A stretch of 64,000 nt of DNA from Naegleria gruberi (Eukaryota), in the NCBI GenBank assembly GCA_000004985.1, contig GG738868.1; one strand, 5' to 3'. The notes under the pieces were generated by a model. The model was given only the letters and a program-made list of their open reading frames with translations. It was not told the DNA's origin and ran no database searches. Below are positions 1 through 12,100 of the stretch, one piece after another. A program made the position numbers and the translations under genes. Numbering within the stretch: the first letter of the stretch is position 1; each line of letters starts with the position of its first letter.

Positions 1-253
1 TTGGTGTATAGAATAAACCGTCTCTGCATTCAAGAGCCCTTCTTGGTTTGGATTCTGTTTTTGGATCATAACTTCCGTCATCAACTTCAATACTAAACTC
101 TTTAGTTTTGCCATAGACTTCTCTCAAGTCGTGAGTGACCCATCCCAAGCCAATTGTCCAACGAAGAACATAATACAAAACAATGTCAAGCAAATTAATC
201 CCAAAAGCGACTAAAGAGCCAATAAAACTCAAAATATGCGACAAACCAGCCAT
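1..253 (-). CDS. 5' end of a gene running off the window start; hypothetical small hydrophobic protein
   Basis: Minus-strand ATG at 253-251 opens a stop-free frame to position 1 (MAGLSHILSFIGSLVAFGINLLDIVLYYVLRWTIGLGWVTHDLREVYGKTKEF...). It is absent from the ORF track because it is truncated by the window edge. No family recognised. Confidence 0.35.
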   Translation of the reverse strand, partial: MAGLSHILSFIGSLVAFGINLLDIVLYYVLRWTIGLGWVTHDLREVYGKTKEFSIEVDDGSYDPKTESKPRRALECRDGLFYTP

Positions 254-1108
254 CAAAATCAGCACTATTACACTATACTGTTAATAAATTAATTCAATCT
301 ATATAGATTCACAAGATATTGTCAATATTTGTGTTGGAGGGTATTATAGTGTACTACTACTACTGTAAAAGTCGAGATCGATGGAACTGTATAAGTTGTC
401 GATGTATTTTTTTTAACCTGTTCTAAGTTTCCGAAGGGAGAAATCTTCCATAGCAAACCAATATCTGCATATACTCCTCTCCACAGTTGTAAACGAGAGA
501 GAATCACTGGGTTGAAAACAATATATACGCTCATAATGTGATGATGACAAATGGTTGGGATTCTTTGTCATCTTTGCATGAATGTTATTGACAATGAAAG
601 ATTGAAAGATGGAAAATTTGTGAAACTGAGAGTGGAGGATAAAGGAAAAATTAAGAGATGCGAACTGGTCGGAAGAATTGAAATTTGGGTTTACAAAACT
701 GTTTAATACCTGTAGTGTTTGTTAGTATTGCACATTATAAATAAATGAACTATTATTTCTCTTACCAATTATGGACATGCTAACCAAATGGTTAGGAGTG
801 AGATTTTTTAGTAGACAGCTGGAAAAAGGTCATTACTTCTTGTATTTACATTTGATACTCTATGTTTTTCAACAACATTAAAAACATTGAAATTCAGCTT
901 GATAATTTTACTGAATTTCATATTAAATTTTCAAATAAACAGGTACTAAACGTCTTTTTAGGATTTGAGTTTGATGTGATCACCAAAGACTCGAAAAGGT
1001 GAAAATAAATTAGCCATGACTCGCTTGACTATCAAATTCTGTTGTTAAGCCATTTGTGGCTTATTGAAATAAAACATTTTTAATAATTTCTAAATATTTA
1101 AAAAAAAA

Positions 1109-4100
1109 ATGGAACGTGCACCAGAGTTTATCAGTCACGATCGTTTCAGCCACTTTATCGCCAATGATGAGTGGAATTACAACTCCAACGAAAATATATT
1201 GAAACATATTTATACTGAAAAGAAGGCTCCGATCAGTTTATTTTCATACAAGATACAAAATGATGGCTTGATCGAAGAGGGTGTTGGTTATACACAATTA
1301 TTCAAGAGACCATTGTTCAATGATGTTGTTGGAAATGGACTTTTTGAAAAGGAGAAGAAGGAATCAAAGGTTGGAGATTCATTTGGTCCAAGTTGGGCTA
1401 CTTTTTGGTTTGAGATTAATTTCCAAGTGCCAAAAGAGTGGATCGGAAAGGAAGTACATTTTTTGTGGAATAGTAATAGTGAAGCTTTATTGTTTGATAA
1501 GAATGGTGTTGTATTGCAAGGTTTAAATGGTGGCGAAGGATGGGATAGACGTGAGGAATTTTACATTGATCAAAAATTAATTGATCAAGATGGAAGTTTA
1601 AAGTTTTATATTGAACTTGCTTGTAATGAAATGTTTGGAAATGGTTTTGGTGGACAAATTAATCCTCCAGATCCAAATCGTTACTTTAAGTTGAAAAAGG
1701 CTGAAATTGCCCTATTTGACAGATTGGCCTTTGATTTGATGTATGATTTCAAGATTGTGATGGAATGTGCAAAGGAATTGGACAGTAAGAGACATAGATC
1801 AAGAGAAGCTCTCATCACAGGAAATGAGATGTTAAAGGTTTTCGATCCAAACGATAGAGATTCTTGGCAAGAAGCTAGAGATATTGCTGCCAAATTCTTG
1901 GGTAAAAAGAATGGTGACTCTACTCACAATATTATTTCTGTTGGTCATTGTCACATTGACGTTGCTTGGTTGTGGCCTTATGCTGAGACAAGAAGAAAGG
2001 CAGGCAGAAGTTGGGCTAATCAATTGAAGTTTATGGAACAAAATCCAAATTTCCAATTCATGCAATCCCAAGCTCAATTATATGATTGGGTTAAGGAAGA
2101 TTATCCTGAACTTTTTGAAAGAATCAAGGCTAGAGCAAAAGAAGGTAAATTTATTCATGTTGGTGGATCTTGGGTTGAGACTGATGGTGTTCTCCCATCT
2201 GGTGAATCATTCTGTAGACAATTCCTTTATGGACAACGTTTCTTCAAGGAAGAATTTGGCTCTTATTGTACAGAATTCAGTCTTCCAGATAGTTTTGGTT
2301 ACTCTGCTGCATTCCCTCAAATTTTGAGATTGAGTAAGATTGATTCATTCATTACTCAAAAACTTTCTTGGAATTTATTCAACAAATTCCCTAACTCTAC
2401 ATTTGTTTGGGAAGGTTTGGATGGTTCTAATGTATTTACTCATTTCCCTCCAGCAGACACATACAATGCCAGTTTGCAAGTTAAGGAGTTGTTATTCACT
2501 GAAGAAAACTTTAAAGATAAGGAAATTAGCTCATACAGCTTGTGTCTCTATGGTCATGGTAAGTTTTTTTCAAAAATCATTTTATCAATTCTATTTCACT
2601 TATATATTTATTACTATAGGTGACGGTGGAGGTGGTCCAGTTATTGATCATCTTGAAAGAATTAAGAGAATTCACGATGTTCAAGGTTTGCCTAGAGTAA
2701 TTGAACAAACTCCAAAGTATTTCTTTGATAAAGTTAAGGAAGAAAATAGAGAATATCCATTAAAGACATGGAGAGGTGAATTGTATTTGGAACTCCATCG
2801 TGGTACTTTCACAAGGTAAGTTTTTTCATTATTATTGAGCTATATCTTTTCATCTTTCACAGTCAAGCAGCTGTCAAGAAGGGAAATCGTAAGTGTGAAC
2901 TCATGTTGAGAGAAGCTGAATTATATGCCACATTGGCAAAGAATTTGGCTGGTTTCAATTATCCTCAAAAGGAATTTGAAAAATTGTGGAAGAATGTCTT
3001 ACTCAATACATTCCACGACGTTTTGCCTGGTTCTTCAATTGGTCTCGCCTATGCAGATGCAAGAGAAATTCATCAACAAGTTTTGAAACGTGCCAGCGAA
3101 ATTCGTTCTGATGCTCTTTTGGCTCTCACAAACAAGAATACCAAGACCAATGGAACTCAATTGGAAAAGGCAATAACTGTTTGGAACTCACTCCCTTGGG
3201 AAAGAAGAGAAATTGTGGAGATAGATTGTCCTCCTGAGGTATTGGGTGATAGAGTTTGTACTCAAAAATCAGCTGATGGAAAATGTTTGGCTCTTGTTCA
3301 ACTTCCATCCACTGGCTTTAAGACTGTTTCAGTTCAAGAAGCCATTGTTGCATCTGCCTCCTCTACCGAGTCTATGGTTACTTTGAACAAGAAGGGTCAT
3401 TCCTATGTATTGCGTAATCAATTTGTTGAAGTAATTATCAACGAACATACTGCCACAGTTGACATTATTGACTTGAAGAGCAATAGAAAACTTGTTCAAA
3501 ATGGTAATAGATTCGTTCTCTTCAATGATAAGTGTTTATTCTGGGACTCATGGGATGTAGAAATTAATCACTCAGAGAAAGAACTTCCAATCAAAGGATA
3601 TTGTGAAGGTTCATTAACTATTAAGGTTGTTGAGAGTGGTCCATTGAGATGTGTCTTGGAAGTTTTCCTTCCAATTAGTGAAACTAGCTCCCTTTCACAA
3701 ACCATTACGTTGAACTGTCTCTCATCAAGATTGGATATTGCAAACAAAGTTGATTGGCATGAAAAGCACAAATGCTTGAAAGTCAAGGTTCCAACTCATA
3801 TCTTCTCCGATCATGTTACCTTTGATCATCAATTTGGATTTATTAGACGTTCCAATTTGAAGAATACTAGTTGGGATGTTGCTAGATTTGAAGTTACTGT
3901 TCAAAAGTATATGGTCATTTCAGAATATGGCAGTGGTGTTGCCTTAATGCAAGATTGTAAATATGGATGCTCTGCAACACAAGACGGTACTTTGTACTTG
4001 ACCTTATTGAGAGCTCCAAAATCACCTGATGCTAATTGTGATATGGGTCATCATGAATTCACCTATGCTATTCAATCATACAATGCCTCAACATTCCAAG

Positions 4101-4501
4101 ACGCTCGTATTATGCAAAGTGCTTATGAACTCAATCAACCTGTTAATGTATTGACCTATGACAGACCAGTTCAATTGAATGAAAATGAAATTGTTGCTGT
4201 TGAGACTGAAGAATCAATTATTAGTGTCACTACAGATCAAGTTTTCTGTGAAACATTGAAGGTTTCTGAAGATTCATTGAATGATTTGGTCGTTCGTTTG
4301 CACGAATGTTACGGATCACATACAGCCCCTTACCAACTCAAAATCAAATCACCTCAAACCCCAAAGGCAGTTGTTGTGACAAATATTTTGGAAGATGAAG
4401 AAATGTTCAGACTCAAATTTACTCATGACAACTCTACACTTGTTATTGAAATGCCACCACTCAAACCATTCCAAATTTACAATATCAAGATCAAATATTA
4501 A
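1109..4501 (+). CDS. class II alpha-mannosidase (GH38, cytosolic/vacuolar Ams1/MAN2C1-like), 3 exons
   Basis: Exons 1109..2558, 2620..2815, 2863..4501. Splicing restores the GH38 motifs YGHG|DGGGGP and HRGTFT|SQAAVKKGNRKCE. GTAAGT donors at 2559 and 2816, AG acceptors at 2618-2619 and 2861-2862. About 1090 aa in total. Confidence 0.9.
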
Positions 4502-4518
4502 ATATTTTATTTACATGT

Positions 4519-5037
4519 TCAATCTTCATCCACCAATATTGGTCGAGAGGCGTTATCATTAAGTGATCTTGTTTGGATAAATTGCATAGTTGCCAAAATA
4601 CCAGCCATAAACCACCAAAGTTCCAACAAGAAAACAATAATTGATGTTGTAATGCCAACACCAATAAATTGATTTGATAATGGGTAGGAAATTAGACTTA
4701 AATAAAAGAGAAGAGCAGCACATGCACAATAGACAAAACCAACAATGAATTGAAGCCAAACTCCAAAGATTACAGCTTTCATCAATTTAGCATTTCTAAA
4801 GCTTGCCAACATCCATATAATTGAAAATATCAAGCAGGTACACTGAATGATCGCAAAGAAACCCAGCATCCCGAATAATACTTTCGAGCCGAACCCTTGA
4901 GGCATATTTGGTATAGTAAAACTATTTGGTATTAAAGCAACACCAATCGCAAGTAAGACTAAGGTTAATAGACTCGCTAAGGTTGAAAACAAATTAAGGG
5001 AGGCTACAACTTTAAACACCAATTTCGATTTTTGCAT
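4519..5037 (-). CDS. hypothetical 4-TM membrane protein
   Basis: Minus ORF 4519..5196. The likely start is the internal ATG at 5037 (MQKSKLVFKVV...) in an A-rich context, since the upstream part is low-complexity. Several hydrophobic helices; no family recognised. Confidence 0.45.
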   Translation of the reverse strand: MQKSKLVFKVVASLNLFSTLASLLTLVLLAIGVALIPNSFTIPNMPQGFGSKVLFGMLGFFAIIQCTCLIFSIIWMLASFRNAKLMKAVIFGVWLQFIVGFVYCACAALLFYLSLISYPLSNQFIGVGITTSIIVFLLELWWFMAGILATMQFIQTRSLNDNASRPILVDED

Positions 5038-5192
5038 TTTTGAAAAGAAAATTTTACTAACTGATAATACCCGTCCAAGAGATCTGTAGTACACATGTTC
5101 AACCTTCAAATTACATTCCAAAATCAAAATGATAAATAATATGATGTATTGAGCTGTGTTGGTTTCAACCTTAATGCATTCAATTAGTTGTA

Positions 5193-6665
5193 TCAAAACT
5201 TAATATCGATCTTTGGGAACAATTCTTTTAAAGTTTCCCTATCTTCATATCCTAACATTCTTGTTACAACAATTTTTTGTAGATTTGTAAAGGACTTGCA
5301 AACATCATCATTACAGTATTTGAGTGATGGAAAATTACATTTCAACAGTGAAACAGAGTTGAAAGAAGATGAGTTAAATAATGTTTCATAGAATTCTAGT
5401 GGTTCATGATACCAATGCCTAATATTTAAATTAAGCTCTTGCACAGTTAGAGCAGCTCTGAAATTTCCAAACAATTCATTTTGAGTGCAATCCAATGACA
5501 ACTTGTGTAAACTGAGACAGTTAGGTAAAAACCAACCAAAGTTGTCACAGCTTGAAATAGAAAGGTTGGTCAGTGATCTATTTGAATCCACAGTCCCCTT
5601 CCTTGATGCAGTGTTAGATTTCGAATCGCGAACCGAAAGTGTGGTTAAAATAGGACAGTTTCCTGAAAATAGTATGCTTTCAATAACAAATGAATCTAGA
5701 ACAATATTTGACAGAGAAAGAGAGCATAGCTTTGAAAATTGAACTGAAAAAACATTATCACCTGGTATATTAAGGTAGGAAAGACGTACCAAAGTGGAAG
5801 CATTCTGTTGTATGAAGCTCTTGATATTGAGGTATGAATCAAATGTTCGACAGTAGTCTAGTTCTAAGGATTCCAGCTTTCTACATGAGGATGTGAACTT
5901 TTCAGTTCCTTTGCAGCGAGCATAATGTCTTATAAAATTCATTTTGAGGTGTTTCAAATTTCTGGTGGCCCTTCCTGAAAGGAGAGTTGAAAAATATCCT
6001 TCACAATGGTCTAAATCTAATTTTGTAATGTTTTTCATGTATTTGCTTTGTGAAAAGTGGTTTGCTGCATATTCATTGATTTCTGAGACTGACAAATCAA
6101 GGCTTTTCAAATTCCTCATCCTTCTCGAGCTTGCAAGAGCTGCCAAAGCATGGCCACTAAAGTGTCGCAATTCCAGACGAGTAATATTTCTTGAGTGTAT
6201 GTAGCTAAGCATGCAATTCACTCTAGTTTCATTGATAAGACATCTCTTTAAACCTATCAAAGACACTTCCAAGTTACCAACTACTTTCAGATTTGATCTA
6301 AACGTCTTGGAGACTAATTGAACCGAATGTACCATCTCGGAAGTAGGAATGTAGCTGAAGATTTCTCCCCAAATATCAGAATTGAGTCTGTCCCAAATTT
6401 TCCATCTCCTACTAGCATTAAACTTCATCACGAAATACTCCACATTTCCAACAAACTCATTCACCATTTCAAAATTATCCAAATAGTATTGAAAATCAAG
6501 AGTATCAGCCTTTCTAATCATATCCAACATTCCATCGTTAATCAAACTCATCTTGTTGTATGCTTCATCCTTCTCAACCAAGGCTAACTTTTGAGGCTGT
6601 TCATCTTCGGTTGAGTGTTGCTGAAACTTTCTCTTCTTTGTTGTCGAAGAAAGCTTTCGAGTCAT
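5193..6665 (-). CDS. F-box / leucine-rich-repeat protein
   Basis: 490-aa ORF. N-terminal F-box-like segment (WKIWDRLNSDIWGEIFSYIPTSEMVHSVQLVSKTFRS) followed by LRR-like L-x-x-L-x-L-x-x-C repeats. Confidence 0.6.
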   Translation of the reverse strand: MTRKLSSTTKKRKFQQHSTEDEQPQKLALVEKDEAYNKMSLINDGMLDMIRKADTLDFQYYLDNFEMVNEFVGNVEYFVMKFNASRRWKIWDRLNSDIWGEIFSYIPTSEMVHSVQLVSKTFRSNLKVVGNLEVSLIGLKRCLINETRVNCMLSYIHSRNITRLELRHFSGHALAALASSRRMRNLKSLDLSVSEINEYAANHFSQSKYMKNITKLDLDHCEGYFSTLLSGRATRNLKHLKMNFIRHYARCKGTEKFTSSCRKLESLELDYCRTFDSYLNIKSFIQQNASTLVRLSYLNIPGDNVFSVQFSKLCSLSLSNIVLDSFVIESILFSGNCPILTTLSVRDSKSNTASRKGTVDSNRSLTNLSISSCDNFGWFLPNCLSLHKLSLDCTQNELFGNFRAALTVQELNLNIRHWYHEPLEFYETLFNSSSFNSVSLLKCNFPSLKYCNDDVCKSFTNLQKIVVTRMLGYEDRETLKELFPKIDIKF

Positions 6666-6844
6666 TTTTTTTTACAGAAAACAAGCCTTAAAACACAAGC
6701 AACCACAGCAAAGACTCTCTAATTATAAGAGTCAATCAGACATTGTGCTTATGTTGTATTCCAAGTAATCTTGATATTTGTGAAATCTATTGAAAGAGTT
6801 ATTGACACATAATTTTAATAATTTGTGTGTATCAAAATTCTGAT

Positions 6845-8302
6845 TTACTTTTTCTTTCTATCAAACTTTTCAGCAAGAATTCTCTCAGTATTTCTATCAG
6901 GTTTAACTGGGAATTTGCTGTAGAATAGGGCTGCTTTATCAAAACAACCAGAACGAATGTAACATAGCAGTAATGAGTTGCAAATTCTCAATTTTCCATC
7001 ATTGTCCATGGTTTCATCGTAGTATTTACGATAGAAAGCCTCTCCAAGATCTGCCTTCTTTACGAGAGCCAATGCATAAATAATATTGTGAAGGTTTCTA
7101 GTGTTAATTCTCTGTTGTTGCTCCAATTCTTGAATGTACATCATGAGATTTTCAACTCTATCTAGGGCTGCAAAACTTTGAACGAAATATCTAATGAAAA
7201 TGTAGTGATATTTTTCTTTGAATTTTCTAATATTGTTGTAAACTTCAATGACTTGCTCGTATTTTCTGGCATTGAAGAAATGGTGAACTAGTTTAGTATC
7301 GATGAATTCATTCGATTTCACACCAAAGTAATTCATTACTTTGAGGAGACTCTCGAATTTTTGTTCATCCTTAGTGTTGTGATAGGTTGAAAGCATGGTA
7401 ACGATAGTTCTTTGATTAGGTATCACACCTATTGGGCTTTTGATTATTCCCTTCTTCTTTTCAGAATCAAATTCTTCCAATTTTTCTCCTAAAATATACT
7501 GGTTGAAATAATGTTCAACCTTGTCGTATTGACCTGCATTGAAGAAACACGAAAGGAGAGCATTTACCAATTCGGTATCAATAAATTTGTGTTGGGCATT
7601 ATCAGATTGTTGAATAGCTTCTTGGAAAGTTGACTCTGCCTTTTCAATATCTCCAACTTTGAAATAGGCATCCAAGAGAAGAGAATAAGTGTAATTATTT
7701 GGTGCCATCTTTTGCCTCAAAAGTGAAACAACCTTCTCCACATTTCCAATACTTCTCTGTTTTGAATAGAGTAAAATCATGCAATTACAAATATGAATGT
7801 CAGGATACTTGATTTGTGAAAATATTTGTTCAGCCTTTTCAACATTTCCTTCATATGCATAAGCTTTTAATAATTCTGTCAAATTGAAAGAATCTGGATG
7901 TTGAATCTTTTCAAAAGTCTTTTCAACTTTAGAATAATTACATTTCTTTGTATAAAAACTCATAATAATATTATAAATATGATTGTCATATCTTTCCGAT
8001 GGGAATAAACCCAAATAATGTTCAAATTCACTTTCCGACAAGTTATTAATACGAGATTTTTCCTTCAAAATCCTAGTAAATTCCTTTATCGACAGGGTTT
8101 CATCCTGTTGTTGTGCAGATGATCGATTCTTAAAACTTCCACCCTCCAGAGTATTATTAACATTTTTATAAAATCCTCTCATAGTGATGATATTATGATT
8201 GAAGATTGAATTTCCGAGCAATGAAAATACACTATTCTTTGATTTTACAGACGATAATTGTCTCTCAGATGAGAGAAGCAATCGTTTCACTTGTTGTTTC
8301 AT
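6845..8302 (-). CDS. PPR/TPR-like helical-repeat protein (probably organellar RNA-binding)
   Basis: 485-aa ORF with repeated ~35-aa units such as TYSLLLDAYFKVGDIEKAESTFQEA, LLKAYAYEGNVEKAEQIF and LVNALLSCFFNAGQYDKVEHYF, typical of pentatricopeptide repeats. Confidence 0.6.
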   Translation of the reverse strand: MKQQVKRLLLSSERQLSSVKSKNSVFSLLGNSIFNHNIITMRGFYKNVNNTLEGGSFKNRSSAQQQDETLSIKEFTRILKEKSRINNLSESEFEHYLGLFPSERYDNHIYNIIMSFYTKKCNYSKVEKTFEKIQHPDSFNLTELLKAYAYEGNVEKAEQIFSQIKYPDIHICNCMILLYSKQRSIGNVEKVVSLLRQKMAPNNYTYSLLLDAYFKVGDIEKAESTFQEAIQQSDNAQHKFIDTELVNALLSCFFNAGQYDKVEHYFNQYILGEKLEEFDSEKKKGIIKSPIGVIPNQRTIVTMLSTYHNTKDEQKFESLLKVMNYFGVKSNEFIDTKLVHHFFNARKYEQVIEVYNNIRKFKEKYHYIFIRYFVQSFAALDRVENLMMYIQELEQQQRINTRNLHNIIYALALVKKADLGEAFYRKYYDETMDNDGKLRICNSLLLCYIRSGCFDKAALFYSKFPVKPDRNTERILAEKFDRKKK

Positions 8303-8747
8303 TTTTTTGAATTGAATTTCACCATAATTGGTTGTTTGAAAAAGGAAAATTTGTTCAGTGGTTCTTAAGAGGATTACTTTGATAAATAATTAGAGTATTT
8401 CTCTTTTGCTTCTTTTATTATTTGATAAAATTAATATCAAATTTAATTTAATTTCCAATAATAATATTTTGTTGAAATAAAGAAAATTGGTTACCACTTT
8501 AATTTATGTTCTACCAGAGAGGCATTTCATTAAAGAAATTGGATAATACACACAAATCATCATACCTCCAACTCTTGATTAATTTGAAGGTAACACGATC
8601 TCAGAGTGAACATCTTCAACTCCTTCATACTACCTCCAGCAGCCGATGAAGAGAGAAGCATCATCTTCCGAATGCACTCATCATACAACACAGATAAATA
8701 ATTTACAAAAAATAATTTAAAAAAAATAAAGCGTTTTATCTACCTCC

Positions 8748-10065
8748 ATGATGAGACCAACAAACACTGGCGACAAGCCAAATCCTCCTCCACAACCACA
8801 AGGAACTCCCTATGTTGGAAGTAAAATTAGTTTAATTTCCAAGAGCGACATTCGTTATGAAGGTATTTTGTACAATGTTGATACTGTATCTAGTACCGTA
8901 GCTTTGAGAGATGGTATGTAAAATAATTTGATAACGACGTCATATTAACCCAACACTTGTATTTGTTATTGTATTAATGATATTTATATTGATCAAATAT
9001 ATATATTAATATTATATCATATGATTTTGTATTAAACAAATAATAGTTAAAATGTTTGGTACTGAAGGAAGAAGACAAGGAGACCAAATTCCACCTCTTG
9101 ATAAGATCTATCCTTTCATCATCTTTAAAGGAAGTGATATTAAGGATCTTACTGTATGTGAACCTCCACAACAAACTCCTCCAGTTCAACCTCCAAGACC
9201 TCAACAAGGAGGAGAAACTGGTTCTCAACCACCTTCAATGGGAACTTTCCCACCTCAACCTGTTAATCAACCAGGCGGTAATATGCCAGGTATGATGCCA
9301 CCAAATCCAGGAATGATGCCTCCAAATATGCCACCTTACATGAATCCATACTTTAATCCATATATGCCGTATGGAAATCCAATGGGATTCAATCCTGGTA
9401 TGATGCCACCTAATGCTATGGTTAACATGCCACCTAAAAATCAACCTCCAGTTAATCAACCAACCCAACAACCTTCTCAACCAACAACTCAACAAAGACC
9501 AACTACAAATGGTCCAGTAGTAGGAGCTAAGTCAACACAAGTTTTAGAACAACCAAAAGTAACACCAACAATTGATACTGTTCAACAACAACCACAACAA
9601 GTAGTTGAAGAAGTTAAGCCAACCCCAATCACTCCAACAACCCCTGTTGTTTCAATCACAACAAGCACTGACAAAAAGCCAACAACACCAACCAGTGCTA
9701 CTAACGGAAAGAAGGACAAGAAATTTTTCGATGACGAATTTGATATTCAAGCTAACCTTCAAAAGCTTGACAAGTCTGTAATTGCTAAAGAATTGGAAGA
9801 AAAGCAAATTCACAAAGGATACGATAGACAAATTGGATTCTTTGATACTATCAGTCGTGAAAGTGATGAAAAGAAAAACAGAAGAACAAAACAAGAAAGA
9901 CAAGAACAACAAAGAGTTGATTTGGAAACTTTTGGTGAAACAGTGTCAAATGGTAATGGAATGCCAAGCGGTAGAGGAAGAGGAAGAGGAGGTTACCGAG
10001 GAGGATCTAGAGGATCGAGAGGAGGTAGAGGTGCTTCAAGCAGAGGAGGATATTCTCAAAGGTGA
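8748..10065 (+). CDS. LSm14/Scd6 (RAP55) family mRNP protein, 2 exons
   Basis: Exons 8748..8913 and 9047..10065. Exon 1 encodes the Lsm domain ([34 protein letters not shown]). Exon 2 continues with VKMFGTEGR...[17 protein letters not shown], a P/Q/M-rich linker, a DFDF box (KKFFDDEFD), an FFD-TFG box ([14 protein letters not shown]) and C-terminal RGG repeats. GTATGT donor, TAG acceptor. Confidence 0.85.
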
Positions 10066-10174
10066 ACTGATTAATCTTTTTGCAATAAATTATTTTTGAA
10101 GATCGACGATTAGAATAGTTGGAATTTAGTTGGAGGACTAAGAAGAATAGTTGATACGCGAAAATAAATTATTT

Positions 10175-10917
10175 TTAATGTAAAAGTAATCCTTTGGCAA
10201 CTTCTTCACTAGCATGCTTACTATCCAAAACTTCAATCAATTTAACACCAAAGTGAATTGCAGTAAAAGGACCTAATATGTTTGGTATTATTGAGTTAAT
10301 AAAGATGACACTTATTCATATTAGCTTACCTTGTGATGTTACAACATTCTTCTCCACAACAACCTTTTCATCCACAAATTCATGAGAGTTGGTAAGTTTA
10401 TCTTTAAGTGAAGGATAACAAGTAACCTAATGTTTCACCGTAAATAAATTAAAATAAATTCACTCAACTGATCAAATAAGCTTACCTTAGAAATACCAGC
10501 CAAAATCTTATGTTTTGAGAAAACCAAAGCTGGACTAGCACAAATAGCAGCACAAATCTTATCAGAATGTCTCTGTTTAACCAATCTATGCAACAATAAT
10601 TCATTGGCAGCAAATGTCTCTGCTCCTTTCATTCCTCCAGGTAAAACAATAGCATCAAACTCTTTATCAGCAACACTTTGATCAAAATGAACATCAGCTT
10701 CCAATTTGACATTTCTTGATCCGAGAACTTTGAGTGAATGATCATGTGAATCATTTGAAACTTTGGCTACTAATACATTGAATTTTGCTCTTCTAAGAAC
10801 ATCAATCACTGTGACTGATTCCATTCTATTATAATTTTGTTAAACAATTAAATAATTAGATTATTAAATTACATACTCTTCAGAACCATCAGCAATACAA
10901 AACAATACTTGAACCAT
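10175..10917 (-). CDS. DJ-1/PfpI family protein (PARK7-like), 4 exons
   Basis: Minus exons 10877..10917, 10486..10825, 10330..10426 and about 10175..10272. The spliced product MVQVLFCIADGSEEEMESVTVIDVLRRAKF...ICAAICASPALVFSKHKILAGISKVTCYPSLKDKL... is collinear with human DJ-1. Donors are GTATGT and GTAAGC. Confidence 0.8.
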
Positions 10918-11141
10918 TTTTTTTAATTATTGTTACATTAATCTTTCCAGTTTCATAAAAAGACATTATATTAATATGTTCATTGGAATTTCTATCCACA
11001 ATTTGAATGTGTTTTCAGTCTCCTTAAGCTTCATCATCACCCGATAATTTAATAATTAATAAATGTGCGATGATGAAAAAATTGAATGTGTTACGACAAA
11101 AATAAAAAATTCGAATCAAACAATAAAAAATATAAGCAACG

Positions 11142-11713
11142 ATGAGACTAGTGAGGTAGGTTTTTTCCATCATCATTATTAATTTTAATATGTGTATTTT
11201 CATAATGTTATCCTGTAATGATGATGAGTTGCGATGGAAAATTTAATGATCTTGTGGATTTTATATGCATTCTAACTTATCGGATCAATTTTGTATGATG
11301 AATAATTTAGATTTTTGATGAAACTAAGTGGTGAATCAGTAACTATAGAATTAAAGAATGGTACTGTGATTGCTGGAACTATTGTGGGTAAGTTTTTTGT
11401 TATTGGACCAATTCCGATAGATTAATAATTAATAGGAGTTGATATGAGTATGAATACACACTTGAAAGCTGTCAAGATGACACTGAAAGGAAAGAATCCA
11501 TTACCACTTGAACATATGAGTGTTAGAGGAAGTAATATTCGTTATGTAATTCTGCCAGAAACCATAAATTTAGATAATCTTTTGCAAGACACAACAGTGC
11601 ATCCAAAACCTAAGAAGAAGACTGCTGGTCAAGGACCAAAGAAAGGTGCCTTGTCAACTAGAGGTTCAGGACGAGGTGGACGTGGTGGAAGAGGAGGACG
11701 TATGCAAAAATAA
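11142..11713 (+). CDS. SMD1: small nuclear ribonucleoprotein Sm D1, 3 exons
   Basis: Exons 11142..11155, 11311..11387, 11436..11713. Product [72 protein letters not shown]... with a C-terminal GRG/RGG tail, near-identical in layout to SmD1. GTAGGT and GTAAGT donors. Confidence 0.85.
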
Positions 11714-12100
11714 TCTAAATAACAAACACAATGTATATTTATTGAAATAATTATTCGAGGATTTCTTGTGGAAGGAAATGGATTTTATGAGATTTTGGAA
11801 CAATTTTTTTCTTGAATTAACTTTGTAAAACATGGGCTTTTCACATCGATGGTTCAACGATACTATTGGTCAATTCTTTCGACTCTAAGGCATCTCATTT
11901 TGTAATCTAGTTCAATAGTTCAAATGGTTCAAAATCTCATACACAAAAGTTATTTTTACACTCAATTTCAACCAAATCAACAACTAGCTGCATGTTCAAG
12001 TGATTTGTCAACACCATCCTCAAACTTCTTGACCGTGTTGACCATTAATTTTACAACAAGCTTATTCATCAAATCTCGTTCTCAAATCTCTCTTAAAAAA

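Noticed and set aside
4519-5196. Full 225-aa ORF as annotated in the track
   Set aside because: The N-terminal 53 aa look like AT-rich UTR translation. An internal Met at 5037 in a Kozak-like context was preferred.
9235-9495. W/H-rich 86-aa minus ORF
   Set aside because: Antisense to the P/M/N-rich linker of the LSm14 gene. The repetitive codons keep the opposite frame open.
11924-12100. Upstream extension of the ARH ORF (MVQNLIHKSYFYTQF...)
   Set aside because: Low-complexity with no similarity to ARH N-termini. The ATG at 12101 sits in an A-rich context directly before the conserved GDxLG motif region.
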